Below, one piece after another: positions 24,773 through 36,100 of a DNA stretch of 64,000 nucleotides (position 1 is its first letter; each line of letters begins with the position of its first letter). The stretch comes from Takakia lepidozioides (Eukaryota; Plantae; Bryophyta). Below the pieces are notes generated by a model that saw only the letters and a program-made list of their open reading frames with translations, did no database searches and was not told the origin of the DNA. The stretch is from positions 76,880,001 to 76,944,000 of the forward strand of contig CM060731.1 in NCBI GenBank assembly GCA_030704615.1, read 5' to 3'. Made by a program: the position numbers and the translations under genes.

Positions 24773-26798
24773 TTTTTTTTATAGTAGCAAAGCCTCGCAA
24801 GAACCTTCTTCACCTTCCTAATATCCACCCCTCCATGTTCTAAGGTTTTCCATTGACCTATAGGTTCTAGGGTCTTCCATTGAGCTATATGTTTTCTCCG
24901 GCTCTTCTCGGATTTTGTCTCTACAGGCTGTCTTCTCGTGCTTTCTGTCGCATGGGTCTTAGTCTCATGGCTCCTATTCCATTGGTATCTCCTACACAGT
25001 CACCGTGTGTTTAGGCCTCATGGGAGCCTACGGGCATGTAAGGGTTTAATCGTTTCCCTTCAATAATCTTCAATAAAATTCCCATGGCCTTTGTTCCAGA
25101 TTTGCCATAGGGTGCAGAGCATAGCGCTTCAAAGACGGCAACTGCTAACTTTACCCTTACTTGTTGGACTGTAATTGAGGAGCAGGGTAACCGGAACTAG
25201 AGATATGAATTCCCAGGTACGGTAGAAACCTTGCACCCTAGGCCATATTGCTTGAGGTGCCACATAGAAGATAAGACAGTGCTCCAATGACTCAATTGAG
25301 TCTATTGCGCAGCATTTGCAAGGAATTGCCTCTTGAAAGTCTAGAAACTGGCCAACCTTCATAACTCTATTCGCAATTTGCCGGCACAAGAAGACATTGA
25401 TCTTAGCAGGTTTGGGGATCGAGCTGTAGCCCGAGGATTGTTTGGCCCCCAATCCAGGTAAACAACCTTCTCGAGAGCCAAGGTAGAATGGGTTTATCCA
25501 GGGGGGGAGAAGGGTTGAAGAGTTTATCGGGCGATGACTAGTGAAAGATTCTGGCAGGTAATGCCGAGGCTACTGGGATAGCAATTTTATGAGTAGATTG
25601 GAGTGAGAGGGCTTCTGAGAAAGGGTTTGCCTGGAAGCCGTAACCAATGACTGAGGAGGTTTCCACTTCAGTGATGTAAATAATGTCAAAGGACAGTGAA
25701 GAGGAAGTGACCCATTGGTGAGGTTGAGGTGGAAGAGCCCCAAGACTCAACAGGTTCCTCCATGGGTCGGGGATAGTCCTTAGGGTTGTGATTCCTGCCC
25801 CCGAGCCTGTTCGCACCCAAAGATATTCGTAATGTGAGTGTGGTGCTATTCTGGAGAGATCCCCCAACCGAGAGAAGCCCTTCATCTCCCATACTGCCCA
25901 TCTCTTAGCGTGGCATCTCTCGGTAATCAATGGTTTTTGAGAGTTAGGGAAAAGCTGTTGCCTCAGGCCGGTCTCCTGAAAGTTGGTGGGTTCTTACTTA
26001 CGTAGGAACTGTCGAAAATTCCCCCATGCAGACCAGATAGATTTCCAGAGGGGAGAACCCAAGGATTTATGATTGTAGCTCTGAGTTATCCAACGAATGG
26101 AAGAAGCCCACCTTGTGGCAGTAAGAGGGGAGCTGGAAGAGATGTTGTCGGCCACCAATAATTTCCACCATCCTCCCTTTGGTCCCAGGAACCGAGGGAG
26201 CCATTTGCCCAGCAAAGCTATGATCTGGGTTTTCGGGTCCAGAACACCCAGACCACCCTGCTTCTTAGGCAGACAGATCTATCTCCAAGAGACTGGTGGT
26301 CTTATGTTTTGCGATGCTACCCGGCCCCCCAAATGAAATTGAACCTTATACACCTCTTAACCTCCTGGATGGTTCTAGAATTTGGGCCCCAGGTGGAAGC
26401 AAAATACCATATCCCTACCATAAGGATCTGATTTGCTGCTAGAGCGCCTCTCCTAGTGATGGAAAGGAAGCGGGATACCCAATAAGCCAATTGTTTTTTG
26501 AGCTTGGAGAGTAGGGTCCATTCGCTGTTCCTTTGTTAGGTTCTTCCCAAAGGTGTGGCCTAAAAGTGTAGTAGACTCGCCCTCCTTGAGCCAGATCAAC
26601 CCAGGCTGGCCCCCCAGGTAGGGATGAGCCCTATTGAGGACCTAGAAGAATCACCCACCAGCAAGGCTTTAGTTTATTTCCAGTTGACTCTGAAGCCCAA
26701 AACCTGACAAAATTCATTCAACATTTTCTCCACCGCCTGTAGTGTGTCAGGCTTGGCCTGAAGTAGCAGGAAGGTGTCATCCACAAACATAAAATCTT
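24773..26798 (-). mobile_element. L1-type LINE ORF2 remnant (RT C-terminus to zf-RVT)
   Basis: FVDDTFLLL, GFRVNW, GGLGVLDP...LLGKWLPRF, KINVFL, CKCC...ESLEHCL; many stops. Confidence 0.8.
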
Positions 26799-29700
26799 CA
26801 CAAGAAGAAATCGTATATTTTCCCACAGCACTGTTTTAGGACTCATGTCTAGTATGACTCTACAAATCACTACCCTACGAGTATGAACCAACAATTTGTG
26901 TCAGATGTCATTGGAGTGACAAAACCTGTTGTTATATCTATGACTCCATAAACGACTGTTAAAATAAAGTATATAGATATAATGACATGGCACATCAAGT
27001 CATTGGAATTACTATACTTATGACTACAATTGACGTGGTATTTGAATTATATATCTATATATATATATATACACCTTATATAATTACGTGGAAGTTACAG
27101 TCATAGTAATCATTTCACATACAACTCCATAAATGTTGATTAATAAGGTATAATCATATTATATTATGACGTGTAATATTGAGTCATTGAGACTCAAGTG
27201 CCTACAATCACTATGGTTGTAGTGCCTACAATCACTCGTGACAATAAAGGTAATTCCAGTCTAGCGAAGGACCCAAAATTTGGGAAGGGGGCTGCCAGAC
27301 AGCTCTAAAAAAATGTGGACGTTGATAATCAATCATCATATTCATCTTCATAATCTTCCTCTTCTTCCTCCTTAATATTGCTACGCGCAACAATGTCTCT
27401 AAGACTTATTCTCACGTCAAGAGTTTCTTCCACATCAAGGTCAAGTACCGCATCTTGTAAAGATGCTTCTTATACCACATTTGGAAGATGAGTAGGTTCC
27501 CTCAAACCTATGAAATATGCATTCTCATCTAGATTCACCTCATTGATTTCAGCCACAACTTGTTTAGCTCGTGGATCTTTATGAAGCACCACCTTCCATC
27601 CCGGCTTGGTGGTTTCATCAGAAAAGAATACTTGTTCTACTTGGGCCAGAATGAAAAAGACTCATGATGCTCTGGTATCAGCCTTCGGAAATCAACAGAA
27701 AGAAACCCATATTCATCTCGCACCATGGTGGCATTGTCTCCCACCATACTGGTTCTCACCCATGAGCAACGGGAATACAATGGGCTGTAAAAAACCATAA
27801 TCTACCTTGAGAATTTCTTTTATCACTTGAACATATTGCAAAGGAGAGGTAACATGATTACGATCTTGTGCGCTGCTCCTACTCTCCTGTTGGAAAATTG
27901 AGGCGACGCCACTATCAAACGTTATGTTCAGACGGGAGGCTTCATCATCCACACGATGATGATTGCCATAGGCTTTCATTGAGCGATAGGAGGTGGCTGT
28001 CAATGAAGGGGGGAAATGATAGATCTACCATATCTTTGTCCTCCACTTCATTCTCCCTTGCAAATGCACTTACCCGGGCTATAACCCAAGCTGGAAAGAG
28101 CTCCAACTCATTCATGAGGGATACTCAATGGGGAGTGCACGTATGGATCAGTTTCGTCTCCATGAAATTGTCAATGCATCACACATACATTTTATACGCT
28201 CCTTCTCTACCGCATATGTACAGACCACAACAAAACATAATGAAAACCAGTCTATATATATTAAACCCTCGATAAAGGAGGACATATTAATCCTAAGTTC
28301 TCTAATAAATCTACAGTGGCTACTCAGTGATTGAAATGACTTGAGTTCACTCACAAGTAGACTATGCTCAGTGCCTCGAGTCAATGAAATGATTACATCG
28401 AGTAAGCATAACTACTACTGTGACAGTAGATTTCCAATGCATGAAAACATCATAATTGAATGGTTCAGGCGCTACAACTTGGGTAATGGGCACATACCAC
28501 CTCAGAAGTTGTTGTGGGTTCAATCCACCCGTGGTGTCACTAAGGTCCTCTTTATCCCATACATCTTGGCTGGATCTCCTTCATCACCAGGTCTTGCTCC
28601 TGCAACAATGAAGTCGGTATATGTCTTTGTATATCGTAACGTCTCATCCACCGTCACGGGCTTTGGTCTCGGCCTACTTTTAATTACCCCATTAAAGTGT
28701 ACCGACGCTCGTCGATAGGGATGATTCCTAGCAAGGTAGCGACGATGTCCTTGATAGAGTCTTTCCCAAAGCTTTGAAGTGTCGTGAATCCACATTGGGT
28801 CCACACATTGGACAACCTTTGTATCCCTTTGTTACACAACCGGTGAGAAGGCCATATGTGGGGAAGTCGTGGATTGACCACATAAAAATGGCACGAAGCT
28901 GAAATGTCCGTTGCCCTATTGGTTTCAGGACGTCATTGTCGAAACCCCAATCCACAATCGCTTAAGCTCATCTATCAACGGTTGGAGATAGACATCTATG
29001 TTCTCATTGCGAATTGACTCTTGCCCTGGAATGATAAGTGCTAGCATGATGAAGAACCTCTTTGTAGTGAGCCATGGTGGCAAAATGTAAGTTATCAATT
29101 TGCACCGGCCATGTGGACCCACTACTGCATTTAGGGGGGGTTAGCGACGCCCATAGCCACCCCCGCGCCGGACGCGCCGACCCCACGACGATTGTAACGT
29201 CGTGTATGGGCCTGACCCTGGGCTTGCGACGTCGAGGCGTCGCAACGCCGTCGCCGGAAATGGAGCCTGACTGCATTCCCCGTCAACGCGTTGGCGGGGG
29301 GTTGCGGCGATTGCGACCCCACGCGGTTGGGCTGTGGTGTTGCGACGCCCCATTGCGACCCCCCGACGTCGCAACATCCCGGGGGCGTCGCAAAAAATTG
29401 GTTTTGGGAGTAGATTGTAGAGCATAATGGGCTTGGAATCCTCAGACAGCCATTGTCCAGCAATAAGTTGCAATGCAGTTTCGCAAAACTTAGGCCCTTG
29501 ATAGATATTTGTCCTTGAAGAACTCTGGGGGCAAGTCTCGGTGCAAATTCCAGCTGTGAGAGCTCATACAAAGTACTCATAATCTGCAGATGGCTCTATC
29601 TGCGATGACACAATGATAGGATTGAGATAGTGGTAGTCACTAGGAGCTAAATCTTGATATGTATATATATACTTAGACTGCTTTTGTGATACATAGATGT

Positions 29701-31250
29701 ATCGTAGATATGTTGGTTAGTGTGTAGTGTCTTAGAAATGTTATATAACGTGGAGGTCCTAGATTCAAATATGCATTGCCTAATATATGTGGAACAATGT
29801 ACGAGCTGCCATTGGACAAAAACGGAGTCAATGGTTAACGCCGGAGTAAATGATCAACTAGTTTTTGAGATTCAAAATTTAAATTCAAATTCAAAATTTC
29901 CCACCCAAATTCAAATGTACCCCCCTACGACGTCGCAGGGTTGCAGAAAAGAAGTTTTTTTTTTTTTTTTTTTTTTTTTGACCGGCGTTGCATGTTGCGG
30001 CCGGGGGGTCCTGGGGGATTTGCGACCCCCCAAGGGACCGACGTCGCACGATGCCCCCAGCGCGCCCCGACGCCGTAGAGTAATTCCGTCGCAAATAGCG
30101 GCGGGGGGAGGTCGCCGGGGCGTCGCTAACCCCTCCTAAATGCAATAGTGACCATTTGCAATTCTTGTTGGAATATGGATTCACTCCATCCAACGATGGG
30201 CCCAATCGCACACTACCTGGATCACTTGCAAAGTCCAGCCATGTAGCATCAATAAACTTCCATGCTCGCGATTCCGGAGGCGCATGTCTTACAACCCCAT
30301 CGTTTGATGCATTTTTTGAATGCCATGTCATGAGATCACAATGGACTTGCATCGGTACATTCGTAAGAGCCGGGGTATGAGTGGGAAATGTTGCAACACC
30401 TTCGTTGGCACGGTGGTCCAACCTTTTTGTATGGAGGTTCATTGCATTTTGGACAGTGAGTGGCTTTTTCTAGCTCATTTCTAAAGAGAACGCATCCCCC
30501 GGGACATGCATGTATAGAATCATAAATTAGCCCCAATTTTGCTATCATGGTATTTGCATGATAGTAAGACTTGGGCAAAACATTGGGTTGCGGCAGTAGA
30601 TGCAAACGTAGAAGAGACAAGAGTTCATCTACAAATTTGTTCGTGACCCCATGAGTAGTACATACATTCATGAGCATTGTTGCCGCAAGCTTTGTTGACT
30701 TGCACCCATCGTATAATGGGACATATGCCTCCTCAAGTGTGATTGGATCGTCATGGCTATCCCCCACATGATTGCCTTCATGGTTCTCGTTGCTACTATC
30801 ATCAACTATTCTCACTCCTTCGGGTCCTTCCTCCTCTTCCATCGTATCCATCATTTGAAAAGTTTTGTGTAGCATCCTCTGAACCTCCACACTAGAATCA
30901 ATTGCTGGTTCAGAATGCTGGATTTCTTTTGGACACTTGTTATTGGAACACTCATGGGCCCGTGGGTGGTTTGCAATGTTCTACCATATGTGTCCCATTT
31001 GTCGTCATTGGGATCCCGCGGGCCACTCCCTTTCCACACACGGAGGGTGAATGGTGGGTTTGGTATTGACCTCCTTATCCACCAAGGGGTATCATCCAAA
31101 AGAGCCTCATTCTCTTCCGAGTGTCTGTCTCTCTGTCTCTCTGTTTCTCAATGCTAAGGCCAACACCCAAAGCCTTCATGTTTCTTCCTCTCCCTCTTTC
31201 GTACACCCGGCCCGACACCCACACTGGCTACGCCCATGGGGAGCTCGGCA
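26799..31250 (-). mobile_element. CACTA (En/Spm) element with decayed TnpD/Tnp2 transposase
   Basis: PLYDGC, NVLPKSYY, IHACPGGCVLFR, CPKC, LMTWH, AWKFID, DGVNPY, WS|TWPV, LPPWL, IDVYLQPLIDEL, DFPTYG, GCPMC, GHRRYL; DUF4216-like QVEQVFF...WKVVL; CACAAGAAGAAA end at 26799. Confidence 0.9.
29120..30150. mobile_element. Non-autonomous CACTA element nested in the transposase
   Basis: TIRs CACTACTGCATTTAG / CTAAATGCAATAGTG, 3-bp TSD ACC (29117-29119, 30151-30153), GC-rich CGACG subterminal repeats. Confidence 0.92.
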
Positions 31251-32535
31251 TTGCCATCAAACCATGCCACATCGAGCTCCGTGAGGAGTGTGGCTCTGGC
31301 AGATGCCACATACGCAGCAATAGGACATCAATGGGGATGAATGCAAATTTCAAATTTGCATGTGACCAGACCTTATTCTTTCTTAACATTTCTATGCTTC
31401 TCGGGTGCATGGATCCAAAGCTCCGTCGAAAAGCTTATCTTCTCCACCCAGTCATGCATGTAGACGTGCCCATGCTGCCTTCGCATCCCTTTGAAGCCAT
31501 ACCCGGGCCACCAGGAAGAAACCTCCCTCTACCTCCCACTACCTCAATGTGCAGAAGCCTTGAAACATTTCAAAACATAGTAGAGGGGAAAATTCAATCC
31601 ATTTGGTGGTATATCATTACACACTGGGTGTAGCAAGTGTTTCAGTGTGCGTCTCATCTTGTTACTGGATCAGGCGAGGCAGAGTCATTCTCTAAACTAA
31701 GAAGTCCAGAAATAGGTTCTCGAGCATAGATGCCCAGAATATGTTTACAAGTAATTTTGAATCCAGTAAGAGCTGCAAGTGACATGGAGGTGATTGTCAG
31801 TAAGCTGAGATGTACATGCCCAGTTTGAGGCTGCACGGATGGTAGCAAGCGGATACGTACAGGTTTGATTAACTTTGAAACTAGCAGATGGGTTTTGTGC
31901 CTGATGACATAGCTCACGTCAATGTGAGCCTCTTGCTGTGTGTATACTTGTGCCTTGTACAGTAAAGGACAATTTTTCCATCTTGCAGCTAACTCCAAGG
32001 ATATCATTGCAAAGGCTTAAAATTTGAAAGTGAGTTTTAAGGAGGATAAATCTTAGGAATCTTTGAAAGAAATGAGTCCAGTGGATTGAAGTTGCATTGC
32101 CTTTGCGATGAATTATTTTCTTAGAGAGTTCGAGCACTGCACAATCTTGTGGCACTGGGCAGTTCAAATTACCCTTAATACTGGGTGTTACAGGACATGT
32201 ATCAGCAACACTGGCATCCAATGCTGACCATGTTACAAGTACAAGGCTTCCAAAAGCCTGCTCATGTGTGGGCTTTGGAGATCACACTTCATCCGTCAAC
32301 CAGCTGGTGAGTGGTGGTCTTGTTAGCTTCAGTTTTCTAGAAGCTTTTGAGGCACTGCACTGCTGCTCCTGTTTGATGAGCAGACAGGAATCATGTGCTT
32401 GCGGAATGTGTTATGCTGAATGTTGCATTCAGTAACAATAATCATCTTTCCAAATTTGCTCCTTTCTAACAGTGGTATATATAAGCTTTGCACATCATGT
32501 GAAGCGATGCACTTTCTTTCATGATGTTATTCCTT

Positions 32536-35500
32536 TCACCAGTAATCCCCGCAAGAACAAACTCCCTCTTTGAAGTAGTGAAAGCGGTTGGCATCCCGGA
32601 CGACAACTGCTCGGCCAACTATCTTTGAGATGAACTTGGTGGCTGTGTGGCAGTCACCACACACTCGAAGGTTCTTGATGATATGGATAGGGGTCCCAGA
32701 GGGTGTGCTGATTAGCCCAAATGCAATGGCCAGCTTCTCACTGTGGTGGCAGAGAGAAAATTCCTTCAGCTCCTCCTCCACATCATGCAATACAAAGCGA
32801 GTATCAGGCACATACCCGGCCTCCTTCATCAGCCCAAACAATCTCTCCAACTCAACATGGATTTCCTCAATTTGTGGATGCAATTTGTCTTCTACAAAGA
32901 ACGTATGGATCTGGTTCTCCACCTCAATGCGGCTGAATCCTGGCTCCTTTCTCACACCTCTGTCCTGCATCATCGTTCGCACCTTCACTGAATCATTCCA
33001 CCTGCCAGCAGCAGCATAGACATTTGATAGCAGCACATAAGTTGCAGCATTCTGTGGACCCCTCTCTAGAAGGCATTTTGCCGCACGTTCTGCTATTTCC
33101 ATATTCCCATGAATTCTGCAGGCACTCAGCAAGGCGCCCCATACCGCAGCATCAGGTTCCATTGGCATACTCTTAATGAACTCCTCTGCCTCATCCAACT
33201 GCCCGGCACGTCCAAAAAGGTCCACCATGCACCCAAAATGCTCCACTGAAGGAGAGAGGCCATAATCCCGACTCATGAAATTGAAGTAGTGATGGCCCTC
33301 ATCCACTAGCCCCACATGGCTACATGCAGAAAGAAGACATATGAAGGTGACATTGTTCGGCTTCAAGTTCTCCTGTTGCATTTGTTCAAATAGTTGGAGG
33401 ACCTCTCTACCACACCCATGCTGACCATATCCTGCGATCATTGTGCTCCAGGAGATCACATCTCGCTCAGCCATATTATCAAACACTTGGCGCGCATCCT
33501 TCATGTTCCCACATTTGGCATACATGTCGAGAAGCGCGTTCCCCAGAATCGTGTCTGGCACAATTCCAGCTCTGATGATATCAGAATGGATCTCTGTGCC
33601 CTTTCCCACTGCTACCAGGCTTGCACACGCATTGAGAACAGAGATCAACGTGACTTTGTCTGGTGTCACCCCTTCCGATATCATATGGTCATGCATCTCA
33701 ACCGCTTCCAAACACAACCCATGCTGAGCATATCCTGTGATCATTGCGCTCCATGAGACCACATTTCGTTCAGCCATACTGTCAAACACTCGACGTGCAT
33801 CCTTTATGCTCCCGCATTTGGCATACATGTCAACAAGGGTGTTCTCTAAATTTATGTATGGAGAAATTCCAGCTTTAATGATGGCAGCATGGACCTCTTT
33901 GCCCTTTTCCAGAGCCACCAGGCTGGCACACGCATTGAGAACGCAAATGAATGTGACCTTGTCGGGCAACACCCCTTTTTGTATCATATGCTCATACATC
34001 TCCAAAGCCTCCCTACCACACCCATGCTGTGCATATCCTGCTATCATTGCGCTCCAACAGACTACATCTTGTTGAAGCATATTGTCAAACACTAGTCGCG
34101 AATCATTCATATTCCCGCATTTTGCATACATGTCAACTAGGGCCGTCTCCAGAATGATATCTTGTGCAATCCCAGCTTTCATGATGTCAGCATGGACGTC
34201 TTGACCCTTTTCCAGGGATCCAAGGCTGGCACATGCATTGAGGACACAAATGAATGTTACCTTGTCAGGCATTGTTCCTTGTTGTATCATTTGTTTATAC
34301 ATCTCGAAGGCCTTCTTACCACACCCATGCTGAGCATATCCCGCTATCATTGTACTCCAAGAGACCACATCTCGCTGAGCCATAGCATCGAAAACTTGTC
34401 GTGCATCCTTCATGTCCCCACATTTTGCATACATGTTGACAAGCACAGTGTCCAGAATTATATCTTGCGCAGTTCCAGCTTTGATGATGTCAGCATGGAC
34501 CTCTTTGCCCTTTTCCAGTTCTCCTAGGCTGGCACATGCATTGAGAACAGAAATAAATGTGATCTTGTTTGGTGTCACCCCTTCCTGTGTCATTTGCTCA
34601 TATATTTCGAAAGCCTCTCTCTCACAACCATGCTGCACATATCCTGCAATCATTGCGCTAAATGAGACCACATTACGTTGCGCCATATTGTCAAACACGT
34701 GACGTGCATCCCTTACACTCCCGCATTTGGCATACATGTCAGTCAGGGCAGTCTCTACAATGATATCTGGAACAACTCCAGATTTGATGATGTCTGCATG
34801 AACCTCTTTGCCCTTTTCCAGGGATCCTATGCTTGCACACGCCTTCAGAGCACAGATAAACGTGACATTGTTCGGCATAAACCCTTCTCGTATCATTTGC
34901 CGATAGATCATGACAGCCTCCCGACCACACCCATGCTTTGTGTATCCTGCCATCAATATAGTCCACGTAAACACGTCTCGTTCAGGCATTTTGTCAAACA
35001 CTTGGCGTGCATCCACCACACGTCCGCACTTGGCATACATGTTGACAAGTGTGTTGAGCAAGAAGACGTTTGGCTTGTAACCGCTTTGAATAATGTGGGC
35101 ATGCACCTGTCGTCCCATTTCAAGCTTATCAGTTTTTACGCACTCCCGCAAGAGGTGGACATAGGTATTGTAGTCTGCTGGGATCCGTTGTTTGTTCAAA
35201 ATGTGGAGTGCCTCATTCAGCTGTCCTGCCCTACATAGTGTCCTTATAACCCCACAAGTGCCAGAGGAGTGCTTGCTGACTCCCTCTCTTGCTCCTCTTT
35301 CAGAAACAGTGGTCAAATCAGAAATGCCTGATTCACACAATTCTTTCTGATTCAACTGGACTGTCCTGCATGACTCCAAACTCCTAGTTACAGAACTTTC
35401 CACCCAAACTCAGAGAACGTATAACAAAACTCCTTGTAAGTTCAATGAGGACACACTTGTTGCAACAGATCACTAGGGTTATGAGATTACTGCAGCCAGC

Positions 35501-36100
35501 TACTCCGAAAAAACAATACCAAATCTGTAACTGGATCATCATCAGAACAGTACCAAGTGTACCCTTGACATGTATTCTCATCTTCACTGTGTACCCTGAC
35601 ATTAGGTACATTGGGTCTGACCTGGTCTCTCAGAAGTTACTGTGGATTTCACCCAAGGAGGGTTTGACCAACCATCAATCCCAAGGGCCTCATTTGTGTG
35701 CTTGTTTCGGAAGTCTGGTGATCTTGGACTTCTCTGTGGGATCCAACCATGGGCATGTAAGCAGCTATAATTTCGACCACAATCTCACACAAATCAGCCT
35801 ACAATCACCAGAGCTCCAAAAATCTTTGAAATAGCAGGGAAAACCTTCTGAATAACCTTTGAACCACCTGCTGCTTACACTGAAGACAGCTTTTGCTGCT
35901 TTTTGAAAAAATTGACATTAATTTAAGGCACTGGAGGTAAAAGCAGCCTGCAAACACCATCACTGCCAGCTCCAGTTACAATCCCTCCTTGAAATCCTAT
36001 ATCATGTCCTAAATGAAGACAACCACACCTTATAAAACCTGTTGTACCACCACAGTGACGGATCTGAGAAAAGCCCCTGCCAGAGTTGTTCATTGCTCAT
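32536..36100 (-). CDS. PLS-class DYW:PG PPR C-to-U editing factor (20 PPR motifs, E1, E2, DYW) with upstream OSB-type PDF-motif exons
   Basis: Main exon intact with PG box KEPG, HSEKLA, CGDCH and terminal DYW. The ORF-track start is a GTG, so the true start is upstream. Exons 36108-36029 (MSNEQLWQGLFSDPSLWWYNRFYK) and 35733-35622 (RSPRSPDFRNKHTNEALGIDGWSNPPWV). Exact splice into the main exon is uncertain. Confidence 0.93.

Noticed and set aside
32536-32950. U-to-C (DYW:KP) type editing domain
   Set aside because: PG box, HSEKLA and terminal DYW indicate the canonical C-to-U type.
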